From Octopus vulgaris (taxonomy: Eukaryota), in the NCBI GenBank assembly GCA_951406725.2, contig OX597816.1, positions 34,100,001 to 34,164,000 of the forward strand: a stretch of DNA of 64,000 bases. The letters run 5' to 3'. Position 1 is the first letter of the stretch. Each line of letters begins with the position of its first letter. Below, one piece after another: positions 43,643 to 57,039 of the stretch. Made by a program: the position numbers and the translations under genes. Under the pieces are notes generated by a model. It was not told the origin of the DNA, ran no database searches, and saw nothing but the letters and a program-made list of their open reading frames with translations.

Positions 43643-44295
43643 TATAATTTTAATCCAAACGGGAAAACAAAAGAACAACAACACGTGGAACAATTACAGT
43701 ATTATTATTAATAGGCGCTCAGGAAATATGGAAGCAGGAAGGTATGACGTTTCGAGCGGAGCTCTTCGTCGGAAACATAAAGAAGGAAGAGAGAGGAAAG
43801 AAAGATCCCAAAGTGGGCAACAAGAGATGGAGAAAAAAAACGACTGGTGTTTACGAAGTACACATGGTGAAAGGCGGAAGTTTACGATAACAAGAGCAAA
43901 GTAGGTATTTAAAGCCAAAAGTGTGGAGACAGGGTTGGTAACGCAACAGATGTGTGTGTATGTGCGTGTGTATGTGTGTGTGTATGTGTGTGTGTATGTG
44001 TGTGTGAGGCGAGATAAAAAAAAAAAATAATATATATATGTATATGTTAGTATATGCGTCTGTGTGTAGGCCTGTGAGGTAGGGCGAACATTAGTCGGCA
44101 GCAGACAGTGGTCAGTAGTAAGAAAATGAAGGAAGGAGGAAGGGAGGGAGGGGAAGGGGTGGGGGCGTATGTAACGTGCCAGCGTGTGTTGAGTAGTAGT
44201 GTGTGTGTGTGTCCAGTGTCGTGGTTGTATTAATGGCGAGTAGATTTGAAGGGTGTGTAAGAGTAACATATATATTTAAGCAATGTGTGTGTGTG
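43643..44295 (-). repeat. 5' pseudo-LTR
   Basis: Direct repeat of 39013-39653. Confidence 0.92.
43742..43776 (-). ncRNA. Minimal hammerhead-ribozyme-like motif (identical to 39112-39146)
   Basis: Same 35-nt sequence. Confidence 0.7.
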
Positions 44296-44925
44296 GGTGT
44301 ATGTGTGCGCGTGTGTGTAACAAAAAGGGTGGGGGGTTATAAGGAAAAAGGACTCCAGCTGAGGGGAAGATGGAAGAGTGGTCCCGCGGAGACGGGCGTG
44401 GGAGAACCCAAGGATAAGCGACGGCCCCAGGAACGAGCGGGAGGTCCAGCCGGGTCCACGAGCGAGGTGCATGCATGCGCGTATGCGTACGTGAACCGGC
44501 GCAAGCGCGCGTGTGCGCGCGCCTGCGAGTGTGAGCGTAAGTATGTATGTGTGTGGATGTGTGAGTGTGTCTGTGTGTATGTCTGGGTGTCAGTGTGTCC
44601 AATGAATGTAGGTGAGTATGTGTGTATATATGTGTGTGCATAGATGTATATCCGTGTGTGTGTGTTTATGTGTATGAGTGTGTATGTATGTACGTGTGGG
44701 TGTGTGGAAGTGTGTGTATGTGCATGTGTGTGTGCGTATATACAGGTGTGTGAGTGAGTGTGTGTGTGTGTATGTATGTGTGAGTGTGTATGTATGTGTG
44801 TGTAGGATGCATGTATGTGTATGGGTGTATGTATGTGTGTGTGTATGTATGTATGTGTACGTGCGTGTGTTTGTGTGTATGCATGTATGCGTGTAGGTGT
44901 GCGCGTGTGCATGCATGCATGTGCG

Positions 44926-44976
<51 letters not shown>

Positions 44977-45013
44977 GTATGTATATATATATATGTATAT
45001 ATATATATGTATA

Positions 45014-45225
45014 TATAAAATATTATTAGAGACAAAACCACTATTTTGCAAAACAAACAAGGAAAGACTTAATCAATACATAAAATTTTAATAAATAGTC
45101 AAAAAAACCGCCACTACTATTGTAGTGGCGGTTTTTTTGACTATTTATTAAAATTTTATGTATTGATTAAGTCTTTCCTTGTTTGTTTTGCAAAATAGTG
45201 GTTTTGTCTCTAATAATATTTTATA
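45014..45225. repeat. Perfect inverted repeat, 104-bp arms with 4-nt spacer
   Basis: 45014-45117 is the reverse complement of 45122-45225, centred on ccgccactac-tatt-gtagtggcgg. Confidence 0.95.
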
Positions 45226-45302
45226 ATATTTTACTATTAAATTGGATTTAATCCTAAATCTGATTTTTTCCCTGTAAATTTGGATTTATTCCCTAATATT
45301 TA

Positions 45303-45358
<56 letters not shown>

Positions 45359-45779
45359 GTATATATATGAGTGTGTGTGTGTGCGTGTGCAACTGCGTAT
45401 ATGCTCTTTTATGCTTTTACTTGTTCTAGTCACTCACACTAAGGCCATGCTTGCTAAATTTATATATATGAGAACATATTTCTTTATTATAAGGCTTTTA
45501 AAAACCTCCATAGTGTTTCATTATGGCATAATGATAGAGCATAGCGAATATAGTGTATAGATATCTGGATTTCGAAGCCTTATATCAGTTCAATCCTAAA
45601 ATTAGAATGAGTGCGTGACCTGGGGATAAAGTAGTGATGGATCATTGCATGTGCATATTGCTAGGATGGCAATATGGATAAAAATATGTGTGTGTGTGTG
45701 TGCTGTTTTCATTTGGTTTGTTGTATGTTAACACTGTCCTCTTTTTGTTACCAACATTGACGCTCCGCAAATCGCAATT

Positions 45780-47195
45780 TATTTTGGTCGTAAATTGCTC
45801 GAAATGTGGAGTCGATGCACAGCCGACATCTGATTTTGAGGTTCGTTTTATTATGTTACTTGTCTTGTTTTTAAATATGTTTTTCTCGCTGTTCACATAC
45901 CGAAGTTTTTCCTCGTATGTCATGGATTTTTTTCAACAAGAACATACCCTTCTTTGGTTCGACCTTTTAACATACATTACAAATGCTTTCGCGCGTATAG
46001 TATAATTTTCTTCCCGTAAAACCGTACGCTATTTTGTTTCAATGCATAATTTTGGTTTACCCATTTGTTTCCATGTTTTGTCATTTATGATTGTGATATC
46101 ACTTCCCGTTTCTAATTACATTCTGACACGAATATTTTCAATTTTCGCATTCACGAAGTTTCTGTTTGTTGTAGTCACAAATTTTCCTCTTGACAAACTA
46201 TCTACTTTTTCTTGTTTGTTCTATTTTCCTATCGTTCTAACTTTGCAGTTTGATTTTATATTTAGACCCCTAGCGAAAACTCTTTGCTTTTTTTATACGG
46301 ACTGTCTTGCTTCAGGTGAAACCGACCACATGCCATACATGGATCTATATCCCGTTATTATTTTTTCTTCTTGCAACACTTTATTTGTCTTCCGACTTTA
46401 TATGTGGTTATATGTGGAAACAATTTCCGTCGAATTTCTTCAGTATTAAGCCTTAATTTTATTATCGAGTGACATTTTTCCGACATTTTCTACAATTTCA
46501 AATCCTGCTTCATTTCTTGTTTTGATAGAATTTTCGTTCGGATTTCTGCATCCATTCGGTCTGTCAATCCTTGTGTGAAAATTAAACACATGAAAGATCC
46601 TGGAGTAAGCATATCTAATCTAAAATCTCACATTCTTTGTACACATTCCGTGTATGTAAGTAGTGAAGTTTTTCTCTTGGCGCTTTTCTATATATAATAA
46701 TTTCAATCTAGTGTTAAACTTATTACACCAAATGTCAACTGTCTCGGTAGAATTTACGTCGAGTGTTTTGTTTTGGCAATATGAAGTTACTATCCAAGTT
46801 TTCTGAATACTAGAGGCGTTTTCATTTCGTCCGTCCCATTCTCACAGTTTTTTTTTCAAAACTTTCTTGAAATCTTCGAAAGAAAGCTTCGAATGTTACT
46901 CCTTCTTCAGGGTCATATTTGAATTCGCTTATGGAATTTGCTACATGTTCAGGTGAAAATATATTATCCGGTATGGTTATCAACCTCATTAGTTGCAGCA
47001 TTTTCTGCTGCAATCCTTGTTGATCTCGTTGTTCCATGAATTGTTGTTGTTGCTGTTTTTGCAACTCGACTATCTCAGCTAACAAGTCTTCTGTAATTTA
47101 CGATTTTTGTACGTTTGCACAAGATTTTTGCTTCTTTTTTTTTGTTCGGGTATTTACTTTTCCACGTGAATGAGTTTAAACTCTCCGTGTCAATG
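45780..47195 (-). mobile_element. Decayed Ty3/gypsy gag-protease relic
   Basis: ORF 46822-47085 FKYDPEEGVTFEAFFRRF; FMCLIFTQGL; knuckle PCMACGRFH; protease LETGSDITIINDKTWKQMGKPKL (DTGSD-like). No LTR recognised. Confidence 0.75.
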
Positions 47196-47217
47196 ACATC
47201 TTTGGGTTTGTCTAATA

Positions 47218-47565
47218 CAGGGGTTTTCAACCATCTGCTATCTATGAACCCCTTTGATTACTACTTTATTCTTTTGGAACCCATAACAATTTGATGTTTA
47301 GAAACTAGTTGTATTGATGCTACTATCAAAATTCCAACTTTGCTTTTCACATATTAACTTCAGTAGTCTGAGCTATGAAAAATGTTAGTGAAAGAAATTT
47401 AGCTGTGTCTTGCTATATATTCCAATATAATTATCTAACGCAAAAAGTTTTACTGGGGTTCTTAAAACACTGTTGTGAATCCACAATTTACTATTTTGCT
47501 GCGTGGACACATCACAATCTTATTTGGTCCACAAGGGCCATATGCACACCGGTTGATAACCACTG
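47218..47565. mobile_element. hAT (Buster-type) MITE
   Basis: TIRs caggggttttcaacc / ggttgataaccactg; 8-bp TSD gtcTAata / gtgTAata. Confidence 0.85.
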
Positions 47566-48811
47566 GTGTAATACAATGAATACTTAATTCCCATGAGATT
47601 AATTTTGTGGGGTCCTTTCCCTTCAATACTTCTACGACAATGTGTTTTTGTAGACACACGAACGCACCAGCACACACTTACAAAAGGCGTGTATAAATGA
47701 ATGGCATTTGTTTATCCTAAACAATATATAACTGGCATTATTGTGACGAATCTTATCATTACTCATTTCCGCTTTGAACATTGTCATATTGTTAGATGGC
47801 ACTTCATTCCCTTAAAAGCGAAGCCGAAAATTAAAATGGAGAATAATTCCATTGATAAGTAATATTTATATTAATTATGTATATCAATTTGACGATGGGA
47901 TGTATCTATTTACTTTTGTGTCATGAAGTACAGATAAAGTTGATTGCGTTAATCATTCATCTATTGGAAACTGTATATGTGAAAATGTGTCTGTGTATGT
48001 GGTTTCTTTGGTTTGTTCTAGAATGACAGAAATGTGAAATAGACAGTGCGCAGGGAGTACAAAATATTACAGAAATATCGATCTTATCATAGATGAAAGA
48101 GTATAAATGATTTAATTGAAATGAATACATATATTGATAAATAAGTAGACGCAGAAATATAGATTATGATATGTCGGAAATGAAAAAATAGAAACAATAA
48201 TATAGGCTATGATATTAGCTATGATATATTGGGGAACTCAATGATCCAGAAAGATCCTAGAACTAGAGGTACAAATGTACGCTATGTTATAGTCTACGCT
48301 GTGCGAACCCCCGATGCAGACAAAATTATGTGCCCATAACAATTTCGACACCAAACGACTGTGTAGCATTTATTTGCAAATTGTCAAATATATCTGTATG
48401 TGTAACAGATGACCATCCCAGACCTGAAGGAAATACTTCATTTTGGATTCATCTGATATTTATAGTCTGCCAATAGCTGTTTGTCGAGGTTTGATGGCAG
48501 ATGGGCTGATGGACTAATGCACCTACTGACCTGAAAAGCAAAAAAATATATATATTTATATATACACACACTTATAAATGCATGCATCTATTTATATATG
48601 ACTCGTATTCTTTTATATACAACAATCATTGAACTATGGCCTGACTAGCGCATCATTCGGTTGATGAAATGAAAAACAGTACTTAATTCAAATGTTCTTA
48701 TTCCATTATGTGCTTTCTACGGAATACTCAAGCATACTGGCTCGTAAAATGTGGACAAAGAAAACCAACTGTTAAGTGCTCAAAGACAACCTTTTGCGCG
48801 CGCTCAGTATG

Positions 48812-48924
<113 letters not shown>

Positions 48925-48925
48925 G

Positions 48926-48959
<34 letters not shown>

Positions 48960-48960
<1 letters not shown>

Positions 48961-49246
48961 ATGCGCAATGGCCCTGTGGTTAGGGCAGCGGACTCGCGGT
49001 CGTAGGATCGCGGTTTCGTTTTCCAGACCGGGCGTTGTGAGTGTTTATTGAGCGAAAACACCCAAAAGCTCCACGAGGCTCCGGCAGGGGGTGGTGATCC
49101 TTGCTGTACTCTTTCCCCACTCTTTCTTCTGTTGGCCTGATCGCTTAGCCAGCGGGGTGGCGTCATTCGAAGGATAAAATAATGCGAACGCATTGTGACC
49201 AGCGATGTGTAACAACATCTGATGGTCTGGTCGGAAACGTGATCAG

Positions 49247-49250
<4 letters not shown>
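48960..49250 (+). mobile_element. tRNA(Arg)-like SINE
   Basis: TGGCCCTGTGG A box, gactcgcggtc anticodon-like arm and ggtttcgttttcc B-box-like motif; lies between (TA)/(TG) microsatellites. Confidence 0.78.
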
Positions 49251-49288
<38 letters not shown>

Positions 49289-49339
49289 TCTGTGTGTGTG
49301 TGTGTAAGTAATGCATATATATGTGGGTGGGTTACTAGC

Positions 49340-50100
49340 TTGCGATTCCTAAATGATGGTGTCATCGGTGCCATAGTATTCACAATGGTATCAGTAGTGG
49401 GAGTCGGGCCGTTCATGGCGGCTGGTGAGGAATGGCGTGGTAGTAGCTTCGCCTTTGTATGGTGTTATTCGTTGATGGTGTTCTTTACATTGATGTGATC
49501 GGCGATGATATTAAATGTTTTAGTAATTTATACGAGCTACCGATCCATCTCCGATCGAATATTGATCTTCGGTTTAAGTAAGTGCTTCAATAAAATTCCT
49601 GGGATCTTTTCTGTTTGGCTGCCAAGGTTTCAAGATCTAATATTTATCGAAAGTTTTAAAAGTTGGTACATTAATATAGTTTTCCGTTCCGAATGGCTGG
49701 AACTATTTCCCTTTTTCCAGATTTTTAAAATTTTTCTTTAAGTTATCGATGTTTAATTTTGATCATTTTCACCTAGTCAGGAAACAGGATCTGGAAGCTG
49801 TCATTTTGTGCGTGACAGCAAATTTTGTCAATATCCTGAATATAGCACTAAAACAATACATCTTTTGTAGTTTTAAGCATTCAATATGCATTTCAAGCGA
49901 CCTCCATCATATATGCGAGCTTACCGGAGCTTGCTGTCATAATCATATGGGACGGCAAAATTTCCTGGTAGGTAAATCAGTAAACACAGCGTCAACAAGT
50001 GGTTTCAATATATTTGTTATTACGTGCTGTCTCGCAGACAAAAGAGTTCTCATCTTCGATTTGTTACTATGGAAACAAGCATGAATTGTCTGTTGCTTAT
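49340..50100 (-). mobile_element. Possible decayed 5' ORF region of another Penelope-like element
   Basis: Composition and broken peptide (HLLTLCL.DLPTRKF) loosely parallel the FLSRCLRHHVTPRGF region of the intact PLE. Evidence is weak. Confidence 0.3.
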
Positions 50101-50599
50101 CATTGGTTAACATCATCAAAAATTGTCAAACTTTAATAGATAATGACTTTCATTATTAGTCTATAAAAGTATATTATTAAACTGAATATGAAATCAGTTC
50201 GAACGGAAATTGAAATTGGCAGACAAGCGGGAAAGATCCAATTCATGTATATGTTGATGTCTTCTTAGTTGCCAGTATAGATGCGTTTAACTCTTTGGTG
50301 GTGTTGCTGCATTCAATTAAGTGCTTGGTGCCAAAATGTTGCATTTGTCAGCGACCACCATGTCAATAGCTACTAAAAGGATATACACCACCAACGTCTT
50401 CACCGACTACAGACACGGCATACACCACCACTACTGTCAAAGCCACAGCCAATTTTACAAAACCGTCCACAGATGTCCATTCAGGGCGACGAATTACCAC
50501 TGGGGATCAACAATGGATCTACTTTCGTAATCTTAATTAAAACATCAGTGACTTCATTTAAGTCACTCTTCAATACCTCTTGTCAGAAAAGGTGGTCCG

Positions 50600-51061
50600 A
50601 ACAAAAGGTCATGTTGAAAGTGTGGTGGTATTTTGAGTGTGGTGCTGAACATGGAGCTTACCTCGGGTGGCCATGTTCTGAATTTCTAAATTATAATCTT
50701 TATGCTCAAAACTGCAGCTTGTATAAGGGTCTTTGAAGATTCGTCATCTGACACTGGCCAATCGAACGCAACCACTCTTACAGCATGAAAATGCTTTAGT
50801 GCACTCTGCCCAATGTGATCGAATGTAAATGTAAGAAACTTGAGGGGATGAGTGCTATCTTACTCTGCCCAAAGCCCAAGCTTTGCACCATCAGATTACC
50901 ACCTTTTCCGAGTCATGGTACATTTTCTGCGGGGATCGAGATACAACTATATGGACAAGGTTAAAATGCGTTTTGGGCTCCAAACAAGCATTATCACTAT
51001 TAGTACATGATTGAAATAAATCGAAAAACCCCAGTCTGTTTTTTTTTCAAGCAACCTGGTA
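50600..51061 (+). mobile_element. Mariner 3' relic
   Basis: KVMLKVWW, LQHENA.VH (HDNA) and FAPSDYHLFR. Confidence 0.8.
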
Positions 51062-51294
51062 TGCAACGACAGGTTACAAGAACAGCTTATATAACGAAAT
51101 CAGATGATATCGAGAGAATCTCAACATAGGAAACACTTAGTAGCGTTCGCACGATTTGAACTTATACTTCGTCTTTACTGAAGACGAAGTCAGCAGAGTA
51201 GAGGGTGGTTATATGGAGAATTCAAGTAAGCTGAGGGGGAGAAAAGGAATCAAGTAAACAGATAAAACAAAAGGGTTTTAATGCACAATACATG

Positions 51295-51356
<62 letters not shown>

Positions 51357-51362
<6 letters not shown>

Positions 51363-51561
51363 ATCCAAACAAGAAAGCACAAAAAAACACAACAACGCGA
51401 GGACGTGGAACAAATATAGTATTATTGGACGCTCAGGAAAGAGGGAAAGAAGGAGGGTCTAACGTTTCGAGCGGAGCTCTTCGTCGGAAACATAGGAGAA
51501 GGAAAGATCAAGAGAAGGGGAGACAGAGGAAAAAAATCGCCAACGGTACACACGAGGTCAT

Positions 51562-51562
<1 letters not shown>
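51357..51562 (-). mobile_element. Solo pseudo-LTR fragment related to the Penelope element, in (TA)n
   Basis: Homologous to 39020-39240, including the hammerhead motif. Confidence 0.82.
51457..51491 (-). ncRNA. Minimal hammerhead-ribozyme-like motif
   Basis: GUUU CCGACGA A GAGC UCC GCUC GAAA CGU U AGAC; stem I GUUU/AGAC fully paired (one G-U). Confidence 0.7.
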
Positions 51563-51652
<90 letters not shown>

Positions 51653-51963
51653 TGTATACATGTAAAAAGTGAAAGCAAACTTAAAAATACCAGATGATTA
51701 ACTATCAACTATAAAAATATATACATTTACTATTGAGCAAACTTCTTCAGATTACATACTCTCAAAGAATAAGAGGCTAGAAGGCATTAGAAGTTGGACA
51801 GGTGAATCTGAGAGCTTGGAGTTAAATAATAATGTTGGTAGATGTAGTTCATTAAAAAGTTCCAGCTAGTAATTTAAGCAAACATTAGTAAACTCCAGAC
51901 GCTCCTGCATCAGAATGGATAGATAAAAATTTAATCTGGTTAGGTAGACAAATGGATACTCTA

Positions 51964-52186
51964 TATGACGTCGTGCTGAAAAAGTTCCTGGCTTTGGTAA
52001 AAATAAATTACTGGAGAATAAGTTAATTATGAATTTATTCAACATATTCAACTTTCAAATTCACACAACTATTGCAGATGTCCTTGTCTTTTTAAGCTAA
52101 TTACAAGAACTAGAAATGTTGGGTCTCAAACCAGACTTTTAACGATACCCTTGAAACCAGGGAATTTTCAGCACCATCTCGGTTAT
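51964..52186. mobile_element. Mariner-type MITE
   Basis: TIRs gtgctgaaaagttcctggcttt / aaaccagggaattttcagcac with TA flanks. Confidence 0.7.
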
Positions 52187-52999
52187 ACATGTGTGTATGT
52201 GCGTGTGATATGTGTACGTATGCATGTGTGTGCGCCTGTGTGAGAATAACACATGAGGAAGAGTAACACAAGCTAGACAAACCTTAAACTAAGGAGGGTT
52301 GCGTGTATTGGTTTAAGACGCAATTGTTATTTCACGGAAATTGCTAACTTCCTATGAAAATATAAAATTAATCAGCATAAATATCACTTCAATGAAACAT
52401 TTCGCAACCCTCTATAAATGCTGGTCGTGGTAGTTCGTTGTATCATTGTATAAATGGCACGGAGAAATGAATATTGAAATAACGAGCACATTCTTGAACT
52501 GTTAGTATTATTTTCTTCGACTATGATAGAATACATAGCAAAACAACAGAACACTACAAAATAATATAACAGACTGAAATTAATACCGTAGAAGTTACTT
52601 CTTATATGATATTTTATAATGATAATTTTATCACGTGGTTATTGTTATCAAAATGAATCATGCGAATTTCCGCTCAAAAGTCGACTTCCAATGTATTTGG
52701 TAACAATGAGGAACCTGCAATACAAAATCGAGTGTTATAGGAATTGCAAAGAAGCCGTTTACTCAGCTGTGAGAAAGAAGAGGCTGAAATGATTTATTGA
52801 TTGATACTGATGTGAATTGATGAGATGGAATCTTCGAGAGACAGCAAATCTATATCAATAAATTAAGCTAAGAGGGATGGGAAAATGGACTTGACATTAT
52901 ACGCATATCTCCAGATTGAAGTAGCTGGGTTCATTAAAAACCTCTTTGGTATATTGTTTGTTGGCATAATATAGGCAATTTTTTGATGCTGTTTTATTT

Positions 53000-54320
53000 T
53001 TTAAATCAGTGAGTTGACAGTATTATTAGCACACCTGACAAAATATTTTGTGACATTTCGTTCCAGCTTTACTTTCTGAGTTCAAATGTCAGCGAGGTCG
53101 AATTTGTCTTTCATCATTTCGGGGTAGATAAAATAAGTATCACTCAAACACACGAATCGATGCATCCAACTAGCACCCTCACCCTAAAATTGCTAGACGT
53201 GTGCCAATATTTGAAATCATAATTATAAGGGGTTTTTTTCTTCGTTTTTAAGGCAGTAAGATGATAGAATTGTTAAAATACCAGGCAACGTGCTCAATGG
53301 CATATCGTAATTCTGTATGTTCTGAGTTCAAAATTCCATCTAGATCCGTTATGCCTTTTCTTCTTCCGGATTCTAGAAAATAAGTATCAGCGTAGTGCTG
53401 AAATCGAGGAGAACTACTTCTAACCTCTTCTCAGAAACAGCTGAACTAGTGTTAAAATTTGAACCGAATACTCTAAATAGTTTTCTTAAGACAGTGAAAT
53501 GGCAAAATTGGTAGAAAACCTGAGAAAATGCTTAGAGGTATTTTGTTCAACTGTGCGCTGATTTGGATTCTATAAAATTAGTACCATTGCAGATCCCTTT
53601 CCTTAAATTCCAAGCCTTCTGCCTATAGTACAAAAATAATAAAAGCAGTTTTAAATAAAAGATAGTAGCGTTTCTAAGTAATGAGGACGAAGGATTTCAT
53701 TTGATATCTGTATGAGTTATATTAAGAGAAAAAGAGTAGGGGTTGCCATATGAAAATATGGCTTCCAGCGCAGTGAAAGGTAGTTTACAGTGGTCGTACA
53801 CTCTTTCCTTTTTCTCAATATACGAGACAATATAAAATGCACTATCTTTAAAGTTATACGACCACATATTAAATAACTCAATACTGAATTCTTACATTAA
53901 CACGGAGTGAAAATAATTTACTCGTAATATTGGTTTCAAATTTTGGTAGAAGGCCAGCAATTTAAGGGGAGGGTATAAGTCGATTACATTGACACTAATG
54001 CTCGACTGGTATTTATTTTAACATCAGATGAAATGTTGCTAAGTATTTTGCACGGAGTACTAAGAAATCTACCAGTTTGTAGCCACATTTACTCATAATA
54101 TCAACTTAAATTCCTTCGCCTTTACGTTCTGAGTTTAGATGACACCGAGCTCTATTTTGCTTCTCTTCCTTTTAGAGGTCGGTAAAGTAAGTATCAGTTC
54201 AAAAATGGAGGCGGTTTAATTGACGTAGCCAAGTCATCCCAGTTGCTGCCTTTGTACCAAAATTTGTAATCAATATTAACCTAACATGTAAGGCTTTGTG
54301 CCAAAAGTTCAAATCAGTAT
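53000..54320. mobile_element. Cluster of 4-5 old copies of the 17998-type SINE in both orientations
   Basis: Recurrent ttctgagttcaaa..gaggtcga..tttcatc..ataaaataagta at ~53075, 53320 and 54128 (+), with a reverse copy at ~53930-54080. Confidence 0.7.
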
Positions 54321-54555
54321 TAACTTGAAGTAAATTTCATCAAATCATAAACAAATTATAGAAAAGCAATTAGAAAGATCAAATTCTTGAAAATAAGATT
54401 CCTGACATTTCACCGCGAGCCCACATACTGAAGTCGCTGTTACTATACTTCATCTGGGAGACAAAGTACTGTAAATATTTGCAATTTATGTATAATGGGA
54501 GAAACCAGTAATCACCATAATGATTAATTGTGCCAGAGTAATACAAAATCATAAG

Positions 54556-55230
54556 GACCTTTACCTTTTGACGTACAAATTTAAAAACTAATTTTTGTAA
54601 CTAAACACTTTCAAACTTCGAACTATGATAGAATGTGTCATATAAAAACTGTTTTACTCTTAGCATTTTTGAGAAAAACTGATATTTACGAAGTTATTTC
54701 ACGTTATAGTTCTCGTATTTCGGTAATTTCAACCAATCAATGACGTGTATTCAACTGAATAAAATTACTGCCGTTGTTTCTCAACAACACTATCGGCGGT
54801 GTATATTTCGTTTGTCACTGTTATTTATGACATCGTTCGTGCGTTTGTACTGGTTTTAACGTTTTAGGGTTTGGGTTTTGGGGTTAAGGTTTTAGAGTTA
54901 AGGTTTTATGGTTAGGGTCAGGGTTTTATGGTTAGGGTTTTAGGGGTAAGGTTGTCATAAATAACGGTGAAAAACGAAATGTACACCGCCGGAAATTCTT
55001 GTTGACAAACAACAGCAGTAACTTTATTCCGATGAATACATGTCATGGATTGGTTGAAATTACCGAAATACGAGAACTATAACGTGAAATAACTTCGTAA
55101 ATATAAGTTAGTCTCAAAAATACTAACAGTAAAACATGTTGTATATGACACATTCTATCATAGTTCGAAGTCTGAAAGTGTTTATTTAAAAAAAAAATTC
55201 TTTTAATCTGTACTTCAAAAGGTAAAGATC
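54556..55230. mobile_element. Long-TIR (~275 bp) MITE, Mutator-like, with a telomere-like core
   Basis: gacctttaccttttgacgtaca...ttatttatgaca pairs with tgtcataaataa...tgtacttcaaaaggtaaagatc; flanks aaatcataag / aaatcatact (8 of 10 identical). Confidence 0.85.
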
Positions 55231-56199
55231 AAATCATACTACAAAATTGTTAGAAAAAGAATGAAATATAGTCAAAGGCATTAGTTTCTTATGGAGTTTA
55301 TACCTATTTTACGATACATGTTCTGCAACGAGTGAACATGACGACATTTTCAAAGTCATTCGTATATAAATACTAAGTAATTGGTAATTCTAATGTCTCT
55401 TAGAGCAACACTGGGTCTAAAATTGACTTAAGTCGATTAGTGTACTATCCTATTTATTCTTTATCTTCTTTCAGTATATCTAATCCTCTGATCTACAAAA
55501 CTAGACATCGGATAATCTGTTGCACATTATATCATAGCAGTGATTAACGTTATCAAGAGAAAAGTAAATAATATACAATTTTCTTTTCTAAGCGTTAATC
55601 CATTCCATTACTTTGTCAGAATATTCATAATATTACTAAGTACGTTAGAAAATATTGGAACAGAAAATATGGAAAAAGAAACTAGAAGGCAACGAACCAG
55701 CTATTGGATGTTCACTGTTACTACTAATACCCAAAATGCGAGAATAAAAGACTCTGGTCTTACTCAAACAAATTACATCATAATTAATATGGAGGGTAAA
55801 AAGAATAAAAAGAAAATCATTAGCTATATTATTGAAAACGTTTGGTCGAGTTTGAAACTGATTCAATTTACATTGCTGCTACAACAGGTTTAGCAAGTGA
55901 CTCCCCAACTATTAACGTGTTCGAATAAATATTTGCTGTTTGCTTGGTTTTGCTTCAGATTATGCCATAAATGGAATGTTTCAATGACGAAATTATTTCT
56001 GAATATGTATTATATAATTCAATGGCCGGTTTCAATAACTTGACCACAACTACAGTAGGATAGCACAGGTTTTAGAATGGCGAAAATATGAAAATACTTA
56101 ATTCATGTGTATCTTTCGCTAAAACACTGGCATATACACACATAGAGTCACACCCGCACACATCCGCGAACTGACACGCAATTTATCTCTCTCCCACTT

Positions 56200-56256
<57 letters not shown>

Positions 56257-57039
56257 GTGTGTGTGTATACTTGTTGAAGTGTATATGTGTGCGTTCGTGT
56301 GTATATTTGAGCTTGCGCGAGTTTGAGTATATGCATATACAGTCTTAAACACACACACACTCATATAATATATTGGAAATGAAATTCAATCTTGCTTGCT
56401 TGCAATGTTACACAGCTGAACAGCCGCATAATGGGAAAATACCATGTATTAAGGTTCCCCTAAAATGTGAATACAAACAGAATATAACAATTTTCGCGTA
56501 AGTCAGACAAGTGGTCCTTGGGATATTGGGAGTTTTGTGGGGCATAAATATCCCAAACGATGCACAATATGAAAATACTCTGAAAATAACTTAGCCCTGA
56601 AACAGATAATATTTTGATCTTTTTAAAACTTGTTTTCAAGTATATACCATTACAGGCTTGGGGAACACCGGTTACATGGAAGGATAGGAGAGAGGTAGGA
56701 GCAGAGAGATTGATGAATTAAGGAGGGACGAGAAAGAGAGAAAGAGAAAGGAAAGGAACAGCAAGAGGTAAAAGAGGAGGGAAAGTGAGAACGAAGGGAA
56801 GGTCAAGAAAGGTGAAAGAGGGAGAGCATGAAAAAAAAGAGTGGAAAGAACTAAGAAAGTGTGAAGGGGGCTAAAAGAAAGAGTAAATGAGTCGTACAGA
56901 ATTTAGATATATATATGTACTCAGATAAAGGAGACCAAGAGTGTGCGTGCGCCGCTATATGTTTCTATAAAAAAAGAAAACGAATAATGGAATAAGAATA
57001 TAACAGGCGATAGCAAATATCCGGACATTTAGATTATAC

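Larger units (their letters stand above)
39013..44295 (-). mobile_element. Near-complete Penelope-like retroelement (probably Neptune-type) with direct pseudo-LTRs
   Basis: RT plus GIY-YIG ORF between two ~640-bp near-identical direct repeats (39013-39653 and 43643-44295); 3' end abuts (TA)n. Confidence 0.93.

Noticed and set aside
49213-49245. CTGATGG..GAAACGTG hammerhead-like string at the SINE tail
   Set aside because: No convincing stems I/II and a single occurrence; likely chance.
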